From an uncultured Pseudomonadales bacterium (GTDB lineage: Bacteria; Patescibacteriota; Microgenomatia; UBA1400; PJMF01), in contig CAZWKL010000005.1 of the NCBI GenBank assembly GCA_964633875.1, positions 12,412 through 76,411 of the forward strand: a stretch of 64,000 nt of DNA, in the 5' to 3' direction. Made by a program: the position numbers and the translations under genes. Below are positions 7,751 to 17,835 of this stretch, piece after piece. How positions within the stretch are numbered: the first letter of the stretch is position 1; every line of letters starts with the position of its first letter. The notes beneath the pieces are model-generated. The model saw only the letters and a list, made by a program, of their open reading frames with translations. It searched no databases and was not told where the DNA came from.

Positions 7751-9163
7751 ATGGATATAAATCCCGGTATTTTCAAAGCCTACGACATCAGGGGAATTTG
7801 GAACAAAGAACTCTTCCCCGAAACTACCTATTTAATTGGCCTGGGTTTGGGCACTTACTTTAAGCGCAACGGTGTTACTACCGTTCATGTCAGTCGCGAT
7901 AACCGAGTAAGTGGCGAAGAAGTCCGGGATAATCTAGTCAAGGGCCTGAGAGAAACCGGCGCCAACGTCATAGATCTTGGAATGATTACTACGCCCATGA
8001 ACTATTCGAGTTGGTATCTGCGTGATGCGGTAGCCAGTATCAGCATTACTGCTTCCCACAACCCTCCGGAATATAATGGCTTCAAGGCAGCCCTGAATAA
8101 GGTCCATTTTACCTCCGAAGACTATCAGCAGATCAAGGACCTGGTCATCAGGAGTGATTTTGATAAAAGCAATGAGCCTGGTACTTACACTCAAGATGAC
8201 CTCTGGTCTGACTATGCAGCCCGGGTGACTCAGGATATCCGGCTCAAAAAACCGGTTAAGGTTGTGCTCGATTGTGGCAACGGCACCTGTAGTGACACCA
8301 CTGAAAAAATTCTTCGGGACATCGGTTGTGAGGTTATCGAACTTTTTTGTGAACATGACGGCTCTTTTCCCAACCATCCACCCTACCCACAAAAGGAGGA
8401 TTTTTATGCTGTGCTCAAAGAAACCATCGTCCACGAACAGGCTGACTTAGGCATTGCTATGGACGGAGATGGAGATCGGTTTGGTGTCTATGACGAACGG
8501 GGTAATTTTATTAGCAATGATTTAATAGGTGCCCTGATTGGTACGGGTATGGCTACAGAAAACCCCGGCATGAAAGCAGTGTTTAATGTTTCAACTTCCC
8601 GAATTGCTATTGACCAACTCGAAAATCAAGGCGTAACGGTGGTGCTTTGGAAAACCGGCTATCCATTTATTATTGAAAAGATGAAAGAAACCGGAGCACT
8701 TCTCGGTAACGAAATAGCCGGTCATTTTTTCCTCAAAGATAAATACTACGGTTTTGATGATGCTACCTACGCAGCCGCTCGCTTCATTGAATTCTATTCC
8801 AACCAAAACAAAACTGTTTCTGAGTTAGTGAATAGCATGCCCCAGTACCTGAGTACACCAGAATTTCGGGTACCCGCTCCGGATGAGCCAGACAACAATA
8901 AATTCACTATTATTGCCGCGATTGTGAAGGAATTCAGAGAAAAATTCAAAAATGCGGACATCATGGACTTTGATGGCCTCAGAATAACTTTCTCGGACAA
9001 CAGTTGGATTCTGATTAGAAATTCAAACACCGAACCGCTCATCACTGGCCGAGCTGAGGCAAAAACAGCAGAGCGACTTGGAGAGCTCAAAGAACTATTG
9101 GTATCGACGTTACAACAACATGGCGTAGCACTCGACTGGTCCAACCCAATTGCCAGTCACTAG
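7751..9163 (+). CDS. phosphoglucomutase/phosphomannomutase (alpha-D-phosphohexomutase)
   Basis: Active-site Ser loop ITASHNPPEYNGFK; metal-binding loop GIAMDGDGDRFGV. I chose the start at the ATG preceded by AAGGAG (7741-7746). Confidence 0.9.
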   Translation: MDINPGIFKAYDIRGIWNKELFPETTYLIGLGLGTYFKRNGVTTVHVSRDNRVSGEEVRDNLVKGLRETGANVIDLGMITTPMNYSSWYLRDAVASISITASHNPPEYNGFKAALNKVHFTSEDYQQIKDLVIRSDFDKSNEPGTYTQDDLWSDYAARVTQDIRLKKPVKVVLDCGNGTCSDTTEKILRDIGCEVIELFCEHDGSFPNHPPYPQKEDFYAVLKETIVHEQADLGIAMDGDGDRFGVYDERGNFISNDLIGALIGTGMATENPGMKAVFNVSTSRIAIDQLENQGVTVVLWKTGYPFIIEKMKETGALLGNEIAGHFFLKDKYYGFDDATYAAARFIEFYSNQNKTVSELVNSMPQYLSTPEFRVPAPDEPDNNKFTIIAAIVKEFREKFKNADIMDFDGLRITFSDNSWILIRNSNTEPLITGRAEAKTAERLGELKELLVSTLQQHGVALDWSNPIASH

Positions 9164-9216
9164 GGGACAAACTGGAGTAAACTATAAGTACTCTGTACAG
9201 AAAACAATAAGGAATT

Positions 9217-10317
9217 ATGCCAAATCAATCCATCCTCGACTCCCGCGAAGAAATCGCTCAGCTGGACCAATCCAACATGCTCGGCTCTATTGAGGCCCTC
9301 GGCAAGCAAATTGAGCATGCTTGGAAAGAGGTGCAGACTGTTGAGTTTAAGCCTCAAGCAGAAATCCGCAACGTGGTGGTAGCCGGCATGGGCGGCTCTG
9401 GATTGGGCGGGGATGTCATCAAACACTTGTTCAAAGATGAAATTACAGTGCCGTTTGAAATAGTTCACTCTTACACCCTACCGGCTTATGTTAACGAAAA
9501 TACACTGGTGTTGCTTTCCAGTTACTCAGGCACTACCGAGGAAGTGCTGGCTTGCGCCGAGGCAGCGCACCAAAAAAACGCCCAAATAATGATTATTGCT
9601 GCCGGGGGAGAACTGGCGAAACATGCCCAAGAACATCAGCATCCTGCCTACATCATCGACCCCATCCACAATCCTTCCCAACAGCCACGAATGGCCATTG
9701 GCTATGCTGTTTTTGGCACCATCGGTCTGCTGGCCAAGGCAGGCATCATCACCATCAACGACCAAATGGTGAACGAAGTCGTGGCCACCATTGATACCGT
9801 GATTGCCGATAACAATGTCGAAGTTGTTGGTGAAAGTAACCCCGCCAAAGCTCTGGCTTTCAACATGGTTGGCAGACGAGGGGTTATTGTCGCGGCTGAG
9901 TTTCTTGAAGGCGCCGCGCACGTGGCTGCCAATCAACATAACGAAAATGCCAAAGCCTTCGTGGATTACAAAATCATTCCCGAGCTCAACCATCACCTCA
10001 TGGAAGGCTTGCAGTTTCCGCGCTCAAATCCAACCGACCACTTCTTCCTGATGATTCAATCTCAGCTTTACAACCCCAAAAATGGCTTGAGGATGAGGCT
10101 GACTCAGCAAGTGATTGAGAACAACGAAATTGATACTCTGAGCATCCTACTGCGCGCCTCCACCAAAATCAGCCAGGTTTTTGAAATGATTACCCTGTTT
10201 GCTTTTGCCGGTTTTTATCTTTCTATGTTAGAAGGCATTGATCCCAGCCCGATTCCTTTTGTGGATTACTTCAAAGACGAGCTGAAGAAACAAAGCCAAG
10301 ACTACCAACTCACATAA
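9217..10317 (+). CDS. bifunctional phosphoglucose/phosphomannose isomerase (SIS domain)
   Basis: SIS-domain nucleotide-binding pattern VVVAGMGGSGLGGDVIKHL. Size and layout fit archaeal-type PGI/PMI. Confidence 0.65.
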   Translation: MPNQSILDSREEIAQLDQSNMLGSIEALGKQIEHAWKEVQTVEFKPQAEIRNVVVAGMGGSGLGGDVIKHLFKDEITVPFEIVHSYTLPAYVNENTLVLLSSYSGTTEEVLACAEAAHQKNAQIMIIAAGGELAKHAQEHQHPAYIIDPIHNPSQQPRMAIGYAVFGTIGLLAKAGIITINDQMVNEVVATIDTVIADNNVEVVGESNPAKALAFNMVGRRGVIVAAEFLEGAAHVAANQHNENAKAFVDYKIIPELNHHLMEGLQFPRSNPTDHFFLMIQSQLYNPKNGLRMRLTQQVIENNEIDTLSILLRASTKISQVFEMITLFAFAGFYLSMLEGIDPSPIPFVDYFKDELKKQSQDYQLT

Positions 10318-10338
10318 CCTAGTGCAACCATTTCTGAT

Positions 10339-12228
10339 TTGAGTTATGATAGAAGGGCAATGTCAACACCTGCCCTGATCTTATTAGCCGATTATAGTGG
10401 CTCTGCTAAAGAGCTGGTTGGCGAGCGAGCTTACAGCCAAGGCAGACTTCATGAACAAGAAATTCCGGTGCCAAGGTCCTTTTGTGTCACGGAAAACGCT
10501 CTTCAATCGATTGCTAAGGTCAACAATCTCAAAAACAAAATTGACAAAGCACTGCCGGCAAATATCAGCAGTGAAACGCAAAAGTCTCGGGCCAAAAACA
10601 ACTTTCTCAAAATTTTTGCCACCTTAAAAGTTCCCCGTGACATTGCTAGTGAGATGGTCGGTTTGTACCGTCAGTACTTGTGGGAAGACTACGTTCACAT
10701 TATGCCCAGTAACAGTCCTAACTACAGCTCTGAGTGGGTGCATGACAACGTCAGGGGAGAGGCCAATGTCATTGAGTCTATCCTGCAGGTGTGGGGCAGG
10801 CTAGTTTTTGCCAACTCCATGCATTCCGCTAAAAATACGCCTTTGCACACCCGGCTTTTTTCTTCACCCATCATGGTGGAGTGGGCGCCTCAGGCTGAGG
10901 CGTCCGGCGTGGCTTTTACCAAAGATCCGGAAACCGGCTCGAAAACTGAAGTTACCATTTATGGTGTGCCGGGCATTTTTCATCCGCAAAAATCAGAGCA
11001 GCATGATGTTTATAAAGTCGATGTCAGAACCTGGAATCTGGTCAGCCAGCAAATCGCGACCAAAAAACAGGCCTTTGCCCGAGGTGATGAATCTTTGGCG
11101 GTGGTAAAAGTGCCCGGCTCAATTGCCAACCAACCGGTACTCGAGCGTGGTGAGGCCGAAAATCTGGCGCGGCTGGTTTTTAAGATTAAACAACAGTCGC
11201 TGCAACAGCAAAAAGTGCATTGGTTGATAATCAATCACCAACTGTTGATCACTGCTATTGAACCAGTAGCGGAGTTTGAGTTTGAGCATCCGGCTGCTAA
11301 TCACCCAGAAATGGCTAAAAAGCCAGGCATTAAGTACCTCACTGCTCTCTATATTTCCGCGGGCAACCCCGACAAAGCCGGTGAGCAAGTTCAAGAAATC
11401 ATTGACGGGGTTGGCCTGCTTAGGAGTGAGTACGCCATTGCCAAATTCGGTCTTCACCCTCAACACGTGCTCAAAAGCAAAAAACACACCGCTCTGCTCA
11501 AAGAGGAACTAATCAAGACTATTCAAACTTACCGCCAACATCTCAATGGCAGGCCGCTGATCTACCGCTCACAAAACTTTACCTCGGCGGAATTGCTCAC
11601 CTTAAAATTTGCCAGCAACTACGAACCGAATGAACCCAATCCCTACCTGGGATACAGGGGGGGCTTAAAAATCGCTGCTCAGTCCGAGCTTTTCAACTTT
11701 GAACTGGATGCCATTCTTGAAGTAATGAGTCAAACCGGCCAGGCTCCCTTTGGTTTGATGGTGCCTTTTATTAGAACACCGGGTGAGCTGCGTACTGCCA
11801 TCGACCTGATCGCTAAAAAAGGCCTGTTGCATAAAAGCCACTTCCAAGTCTGGCTACAACTTAATACGCCGGAAAATATTTACAACTTATCAGCCTACCC
11901 GCTCAATCAAGTGGCCGGTGTTTCCCTTAACGCCCGCAGCCTGCATGGTCTACTTAGCGGCATCGATCCGGATAACGCGGAAATGCTGTCCAGATACCCA
12001 CTACCGGCAAACTTATTGCTCAACCTGATCAAGCAAGTAACCGATAAACTGCAGGAGAGCGGCGATTACCACTCAACCAAAGTTTTCCTTCACCTGGAAA
12101 ATTTCAACGCCTATCTGGCCGCGGAAGCGATTAAGCTCGGCATTAACGGCCTTATCGTCAAACCACAAGTTGCCCGATTGGCTCAAGAGTGTATTATTGA
12201 TACTGAAAGAACGCAAATAATTAGCTAA
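10339..12228 (+). CDS. PEP-utilizing enzyme family protein (PPDK/PEP synthase-like N and C domains; phosphohistidine domain not recognisable)
   Basis: The N-terminus resembles the PEP/pyruvate-binding domain. The C-terminal TIM barrel carries LLRSEY and NPYLGYRGG, similar to GLFRTEFLF and NPxLGxRG of PEP-utilizing enzymes. I could not find a GGxTSHAAI-like motif. Confidence 0.5.
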   Translation: MSYDRRAMSTPALILLADYSGSAKELVGERAYSQGRLHEQEIPVPRSFCVTENALQSIAKVNNLKNKIDKALPANISSETQKSRAKNNFLKIFATLKVPRDIASEMVGLYRQYLWEDYVHIMPSNSPNYSSEWVHDNVRGEANVIESILQVWGRLVFANSMHSAKNTPLHTRLFSSPIMVEWAPQAEASGVAFTKDPETGSKTEVTIYGVPGIFHPQKSEQHDVYKVDVRTWNLVSQQIATKKQAFARGDESLAVVKVPGSIANQPVLERGEAENLARLVFKIKQQSLQQQKVHWLIINHQLLITAIEPVAEFEFEHPAANHPEMAKKPGIKYLTALYISAGNPDKAGEQVQEIIDGVGLLRSEYAIAKFGLHPQHVLKSKKHTALLKEELIKTIQTYRQHLNGRPLIYRSQNFTSAELLTLKFASNYEPNEPNPYLGYRGGLKIAAQSELFNFELDAILEVMSQTGQAPFGLMVPFIRTPGELRTAIDLIAKKGLLHKSHFQVWLQLNTPENIYNLSAYPLNQVAGVSLNARSLHGLLSGIDPDNAEMLSRYPLPANLLLNLIKQVTDKLQESGDYHSTKVFLHLENFNAYLAAEAIKLGINGLIVKPQVARLAQECIIDTERTQIIS

Positions 12229-12241
12229 TTAGAGAGTAATA

Positions 12242-13528
12242 ATGGCGCAAATCAGCGGGGTTCATGCGAGAGAAATTCTAGATTCAAGAGGCATACCTAC
12301 CATTGAATGCACCCTGTGGTTAGACAATAACGCCATTGTGGTTACCGATGTGCCGGGAGGTACTTCCAAAGGCAAGTACGAAGCCGTAGAACTGCGCGAC
12401 AACGACCCAGAGCACATGATGGGCAGAGGCGTACTCACTGCCGTCAATAATATTAACAGCATTATTGCCCCCCAACTGATCGGCAAAGACCCCACTCATC
12501 AAACTGAGATAGACCAGTTATTAGTCGATTTAGACGGTACACCAGACAAATCCAAGCTTGGCGCCAATGCCATTCTGGCTGTGTCGCAGGCGGTTTTGAA
12601 GTCGGGAGCTTTGAGCGCCAACGTGCCGCTGTATTTCTACATCCAACAAAAATACCAAATTATTCAGCAGCTACTTATTCCTACACCCATTTTCACCATG
12701 GTCAACGGCGGCGAACACGGGGCGGATAACCTGGATATTCAGGAATTTCAAATTGTGCCAGCCAGCCACACTGATTTCATGCAGTCGTTGGAAATGGCCG
12801 CAGCTTTATTCCAACGTTTTGGTGAGGTTTTGGAGATGAAAGGCGCCGTCCACTCTACCGGCCTGGTGGGTGGTTATACCCCCAATTTATACAGCAACAG
12901 CGACGTTTTTGAGTTACTGGTAGAAACGATTAAGTCCACGCAGTACACCTTTGCTCAGGATTTGTTCTTTGGTGTCGATGTGGCTGCCTCTGTGCTTCAT
13001 GATGGCGGCAAGTACAAACTCAAAGACCGCACCGAACCATACTCCAGCAAAGAACTGCTTGACTACTACAAAAAACTGCGCGAACTTTATCATGTTTTTT
13101 ATATCGAAGATCCTTTTGAAGAAGATGACCTGAAATCATGGCAAAGTATCACTGCTGAGTTAGGAGAAACTACCAAAATTGTCGGTGACAGTTTGTTGGT
13201 GACCAATAAGCAAAAAACCCTTGATGCCATCGAGCAAAAAACTTGCAATACGCTTTTGGTGAAACCAAATCAAACCGGTACCATTAGTGAAACCGTAGAA
13301 GTTGTTAAGATTGCCAAAGGCGCGGGTTGGCAAACAGTCATGTCACACCGCAGCGGTGAAACCAATGATGACATTGTCGCCGATTTGGCAGTTGGACTTG
13401 GAGTTGATTATACTAAGTTCGGCCCACCTAATCGCGGTGAACGCGTGGCCAAATACAATAGGCTGATGCAAATCTACGAAGAAATTAAACGCAGTAATGA
13501 ACAGGCAAATGAACAGACAGGAGCTTAA
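12242..13528 (+). CDS. eno: enolase
   Basis: AREILDSRGIPTIEC N-terminus and the SHRSGETNDD motif. Confidence 0.95.
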   Translation: MAQISGVHAREILDSRGIPTIECTLWLDNNAIVVTDVPGGTSKGKYEAVELRDNDPEHMMGRGVLTAVNNINSIIAPQLIGKDPTHQTEIDQLLVDLDGTPDKSKLGANAILAVSQAVLKSGALSANVPLYFYIQQKYQIIQQLLIPTPIFTMVNGGEHGADNLDIQEFQIVPASHTDFMQSLEMAAALFQRFGEVLEMKGAVHSTGLVGGYTPNLYSNSDVFELLVETIKSTQYTFAQDLFFGVDVAASVLHDGGKYKLKDRTEPYSSKELLDYYKKLRELYHVFYIEDPFEEDDLKSWQSITAELGETTKIVGDSLLVTNKQKTLDAIEQKTCNTLLVKPNQTGTISETVEVVKIAKGAGWQTVMSHRSGETNDDIVADLAVGLGVDYTKFGPPNRGERVAKYNRLMQIYEEIKRSNEQANEQTGA

Positions 13529-13530
13529 AA

Positions 13531-15483
13531 ATGTTTCGTTCAATGCTCAAATCCCTCAAAAACTTAGGGCGCAAGCCCCAGCCAGCAGCTCAACCACCAG
13601 CAACAGCCAGCCTCCCAGCCGCTACCACTCCCGATCCGGCCAATCTGGCTGAAAAATTCGGCAATTCAGGCACTGAACAAGTTCAAACCCCCGAGCAAAA
13701 AATTGAGGGCGTTGAGTCACCGGCAACGAAAACCAAAACCAAAACTGCCACAGCCACTCCGAAAGCAACTCAGCCAACAGAAACCAAATTACAGCTGATC
13801 AAATCGGGCAAACCTTTTTCCGAAACTTATCCCAGAAAAGAATATAAAGGCCCTAAGCCAACCGTTCTTTTAATCCTCGATGGTTGGGGTATAGGGCCAA
13901 GCAACGCCGGCAACGCTATTTCCAGAGCCAAAACACCAAATATGGATAAGTTTTGGGCCTCCTGTCCCCACACTCAATTGGAAGCCAGCGGACAGGCGGT
14001 CGGTCTCCCTCAAGGGGAAGACGGCAACACTGAAACCGGCCATCTTAATATTGGCGCCGGTCACATTGTTTATCAAGACTTACCACGCATAAACATGTCT
14101 ATTGCCGACGGCAGTTTCGACAACAATCAAGCCTTTCTGAACGCCATCAATCATGTTAAAAAACATAACTCGGCACTTCACCTGATGGGTTTAATTGGTG
14201 CTGGTGGCGTTCACTCAAATATTGAGCATCTTTACGCTTTGCTCCACTTTTGCAAACAACACGAGTTACAAACAGTCTATATCCATGGCTTTACTGACGG
14301 CCGCGACTCACCACCAACTTCGGGAATCAATTACGTCCGCCAGATTATGGAGCGCTGCGATAGCTTGGGTGTCGGCAAAATTGCCACCCTGATGGGCAGA
14401 TATTACGCCATGGACCGCGATAAAAAATGGGACCGGATTGAAAAAGCCTATAACGCCCTCACCATTAGCGTAGCTGACCAGTGCGTCACCGACGCGGTTG
14501 GGGCGCTGCAAGAGCAGTATGACAAAGGCACCACTGACGAATTTATCGAGCCAATTGTTATTTGCGAGCCTGATGGAACCAAGCGCGTCATTCAAGACAA
14601 CGACGCGGCTATCTTTTTTAACTACCGGATTGATAGACCTCGTGAACTTACCCGCGCCTTTGTGATGCCGGATTTTGAAAGAGGTATTGATGATCTTGGT
14701 TTTGACCCCTACACGGAAAAATATGAAAAAACCAACATTCAGAAAAAAGAAGTGATTCAAACTTTCGAACGGAAGAAGAAGATCACCAACCTCTACTTCG
14801 TTACCATGACCAGATACGAAGAAAATCTGCCCACCGACGTGGCTTTTCCACCGCAAAATATCAAAATGCCGCTGGGCAAGGTTTTTGCTACCAAAGGACT
14901 GAGGCAATTGCGCATTACTGAAACAGAAAAAGAGCGGTTTGTTACTTACTACATGAACGGTCAGGAAGAAATTATTTTTCCCGGAGAAGAGCGGATCATT
15001 GTGCCTTCCAAAGGGGTAAAGTCCTATGATGAAACCCCAGAAATGAGTTCCCGAGAAATCGCCGTGGCCATGATTGAAGAAATCAGAAAGAAAAATTATG
15101 ATGTTATTGTCGCCAACCTTTGTAACGGTGATATGGTCGGGCATACCGGCAATTTAGAAGCAACCATCCAAGCCTGTGAGATTTTAGATGAGGTGGTCGG
15201 CACCATTGTCAACGAGGTGTTGCTGCATGATGGCGTTGTTCTCATTACTGCCGATCATGGCAATGCCGAAGAACTGATCAACAACGAAACTGGCCAAGTT
15301 GACACCGAACACTCAATTTATCCAGTACCATTGATAGTTATCAGTAAAGAGTTACTGGGCAAGTCCACTATGCTCCCCAGCGGCATTCTGGCTGATGTAG
15401 CGCCAACTATGCTCCACCTGATGGGCATTGATAAGCCGGACTCTATGACTGGCCGAGCGTTGACGCGAACTATTAAAAATTAG
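13531..15483 (+). CDS. gpmI: 2,3-bisphosphoglycerate-independent phosphoglycerate mutase with Pro/Thr/Ala-rich N-terminal extension
   Basis: LILDGWGIG...GNTETGHLNIGAG iPGM core. About 110 aa of low-complexity sequence precede it. Confidence 0.9.
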   Translation: MFRSMLKSLKNLGRKPQPAAQPPATASLPAATTPDPANLAEKFGNSGTEQVQTPEQKIEGVESPATKTKTKTATATPKATQPTETKLQLIKSGKPFSETYPRKEYKGPKPTVLLILDGWGIGPSNAGNAISRAKTPNMDKFWASCPHTQLEASGQAVGLPQGEDGNTETGHLNIGAGHIVYQDLPRINMSIADGSFDNNQAFLNAINHVKKHNSALHLMGLIGAGGVHSNIEHLYALLHFCKQHELQTVYIHGFTDGRDSPPTSGINYVRQIMERCDSLGVGKIATLMGRYYAMDRDKKWDRIEKAYNALTISVADQCVTDAVGALQEQYDKGTTDEFIEPIVICEPDGTKRVIQDNDAAIFFNYRIDRPRELTRAFVMPDFERGIDDLGFDPYTEKYEKTNIQKKEVIQTFERKKKITNLYFVTMTRYEENLPTDVAFPPQNIKMPLGKVFATKGLRQLRITETEKERFVTYYMNGQEEIIFPGEERIIVPSKGVKSYDETPEMSSREIAVAMIEEIRKKNYDVIVANLCNGDMVGHTGNLEATIQACEILDEVVGTIVNEVLLHDGVVLITADHGNAEELINNETGQVDTEHSIYPVPLIVISKELLGKSTMLPSGILADVAPTMLHLMGIDKPDSMTGRALTRTIKN

Positions 15484-15679
15484 TTCTACTAAAAAAACTA
15501 ACTCCGCCTTTCGGGATATCCCCTCTTAATTTATTTTTGTAAGTTGATATATTTTGTTATTTTTCTATACTGTAATATGTAGTTGTGATTTTGGGTTGAC
15601 TTCGGTTATGCTAGTAATACTTCGGGAATGATTGGCCCGAAACTAACAAAGCTCAAATATTAATTACTAAAAGGAGAAC

Positions 15680-16300
15680 ATGGCAGTCACTCTTTATAAA
15701 CGTCAAAGACAAATCGTCGATTTTCTGGCTCAGTACATTCAGAAGAACGGCTACGCGCCTACCTTACAAGAAATTGCTAACGCCATCGGTGTTTCCTCTT
15801 TGGCTACCGTCCATGAGCATTTGCAAGCGCTGGAACGCAAAAAAGTTATCAAAAAACATGAAGGCACAGTTCGCGGTATTGAGTTGGTGGACAGAACTTT
15901 CCTCAACACTACCGAAAGTGTCGACTTGCCGCTCATGGGCTATATTGCTGCTGGCTCGCCTATTGAGCCGCACTCCGATCCCAACGCCTCATTTAAGGTT
16001 TCACCGGAAATGATTAGTGGTAAGAAACGGTCGTATGTTTTGCAAGTCAAAGGCCAGTCGATGATCGAAGACCATATTCAGGATGGTGACTATGTGGTCA
16101 TCGAAGAAACTCCTGAAGTAAACAACGGTGACATTGTGGTGGCTTTGCTTGACAACGGCTTGGCTACTCTTAAAAGATACTTCAAAGAGGTCACTAGAGT
16201 TAGGCTCGAGCCGGCCAATGCCAATATGAGTCCGATTTACGCTACCAATGTGCAAATTCAGGGCAGAGTAGTCGGGCTAATCCGCAAATTCCAGTATTAA
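15680..16300 (+). CDS. lexA: LexA repressor
   Basis: N-terminal winged HTH (TLQEIANAIGVSS...HLQALERK). C-terminal S24 peptidase with the Ser of GQSM and the Lys of LKRY. The start is preceded by AAAGGAGA. Confidence 0.9.
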   Translation: MAVTLYKRQRQIVDFLAQYIQKNGYAPTLQEIANAIGVSSLATVHEHLQALERKKVIKKHEGTVRGIELVDRTFLNTTESVDLPLMGYIAAGSPIEPHSDPNASFKVSPEMISGKKRSYVLQVKGQSMIEDHIQDGDYVVIEETPEVNNGDIVVALLDNGLATLKRYFKEVTRVRLEPANANMSPIYATNVQIQGRVVGLIRKFQY

Positions 16301-16322
16301 ATTGCTAAAGTGAAACTGGGGC

Positions 16323-16357
16323 AAATTAGCAGTCAAACGAATTGACTGCTAATTTTG
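16323..16357. terminator. bidirectional rho-independent terminator (14 bp perfect stem)
   Basis: AAATTAGCAGTCAA-ACGAA-TTGACTGCTAATTTT, between lexA (+) and the convergent gene at 16452..17006 (-). Confidence 0.7.
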
Positions 16358-16451
16358 CTGGCGAAGAATTTTCATTGGTATACCGGGCAAATTTTTGTGT
16401 CAAATTTGTATAGTTTGATACTTTTTTATGTAGTTTGATCAATTATGAGCT

Positions 16452-17006
16452 TTATTTTTGGGAGTCAAATTCTTGCTCGCGGTACTCAAGAGCGTGGTTG
16501 ACGTAGCAACGGAGTACATACAAATAATCTGAGAGGCGGTTGATGTATTTGAGCAGCAGCGGCCGAATGGGCTGACGTTCATTTTGGGTTACTATCAATC
16601 GCTCGGCCCGACGGGCCACAGTTCTGGCTATATCTAAGTAAGCGCCCAGTTCCGTGCCTCCCGGCAACAGAAACTTGGTGTGCCAGCCACCAGCCATTGA
16701 GGTTTGCAGCGCGGCTGATTTTCTCTCAACTTTTTGTAACTGTTTTTCGGTGAGAAATTTCTTTGAGCCGGCCACTTCGGCGCCGACATAAAATAAAGTA
16801 TCTTGAACTTCGTAAAGAAATTTTTTGTGTGGGGCAAACTCGCTTTCAAACTTGGCCGTCACCAACCCCAACCAGGAATTAAGCTCATCAATGGTACCGA
16901 TAACCTCAAAGATCGGATCGCTTTTGGAAAGCCGCTCGCCGCTGGCCAAACTGGTTTTACCTTGATCACCGGTTTTGGTAGAAACATTAAGAATTTTTTT
17001 GGGCAT
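16452..17006 (-). CDS. ATP:cob(I)alamin adenosyltransferase, PduO-type (MMAB family)
   Basis: N-terminus MPKKILNVSTKTGDQGKTSLASGERLSKSDPIFEVIGTIDELNSWLG matches the PduO/Cob_adeno_trans family. Confidence 0.75.
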   Translation of the reverse strand: MPKKILNVSTKTGDQGKTSLASGERLSKSDPIFEVIGTIDELNSWLGLVTAKFESEFAPHKKFLYEVQDTLFYVGAEVAGSKKFLTEKQLQKVERKSAALQTSMAGGWHTKFLLPGGTELGAYLDIARTVARRAERLIVTQNERQPIRPLLLKYINRLSDYLYVLRCYVNHALEYREQEFDSQK

Positions 17007-17019
17007 AAGTTATTATAAG

Positions 17020-17766
17020 CTATTGGTTCTGCTGCCAATCCACGGCAGTGAGCAGAGGACCATAAACATCGTCTTCGATAGCAATTTGCAGTTCTTTTAA
17101 TTCGGTTGGGGAGGGCGGCTGCTGGGTGAACCGGACCGCGCCAGCGGCTTCAATTAAGCAAAACGGCTGTGCTTCATCGGCTTCGCCCATCTCCACCACC
17201 GCAGCAGCCGCCAACCCCTCAGCTACATTTACCTGGGTCACGTTCATCAACTTCCCAAAAAGATCAGGCTTACCAATGAAATTATTCAGTGGCGCAAAGC
17301 CGCAATAGGCCAAAGCCGTGCCCATAGTTCCCCATTTCAGCGGAAAAGTTTTACTGTCTGTAATCAAAACCCCCACTTCCTTCAGCCCATACTGATGACG
17401 AAGAAACTTCCAGATTTCTGCTGCCGACCGATACGGATCTTCTGGCAACAACACATACTGACTATCAGCGTTTGACTCATCCAACCCGGCATTGACCGCC
17501 AAAAGTGAGTGCTTAATCGTCAACATCATTTGATACTTCGACGCCGTCGGCTCCAAGTAATAATCAGCCTCGCGCCTCACCAAGGCATGTTTTTCCTCTT
17601 TGGTTCCTTCAGCTTTTGAAACCACCGCGCCTTCACTCAAAGCCACCACTTTCGAAGTCACCACCACCACGGTTTTTTCTGACAACGGCGGCAGTACTTG
17701 TTTCAACAAGGCATACAAATCATCATGGGCATGAACAATGGGAGATTGCAGAGGAGTCACTTTCAT
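17020..17766 (-). CDS. CofE-like (F420-0:gamma-glutamyl ligase family) protein
   Basis: KVTPLQSPIVHAHDDLYALL...VVVTSKVVALSEGAVVSKAEG matches the CofE-like fold. The longest ORF runs to 17841 and would overlap the uvrB start, so I chose the internal start MKVTPL. Confidence 0.5.
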   Translation of the reverse strand: MKVTPLQSPIVHAHDDLYALLKQVLPPLSEKTVVVVTSKVVALSEGAVVSKAEGTKEEKHALVRREADYYLEPTASKYQMMLTIKHSLLAVNAGLDESNADSQYVLLPEDPYRSAAEIWKFLRHQYGLKEVGVLITDSKTFPLKWGTMGTALAYCGFAPLNNFIGKPDLFGKLMNVTQVNVAEGLAAAAVVEMGEADEAQPFCLIEAAGAVRFTQQPPSPTELKELQIAIEDDVYGPLLTAVDWQQNQ

Positions 17767-17835
17767 GCCCCGATTATACACGCCCCACCCATACCCATCA
17801 TCTATTTGCATAAGTGCGGTATAATGACAGGTTGC

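Noticed and set aside
14308-15144. 278 aa antisense ORF within gpmI (similar long shadow ORFs at 21605..22132, 29281..29880, 40364..40894, 46902..47333)
   Set aside because: These are antisense to well-supported conserved genes with clear motifs, and are typical shadow ORFs.
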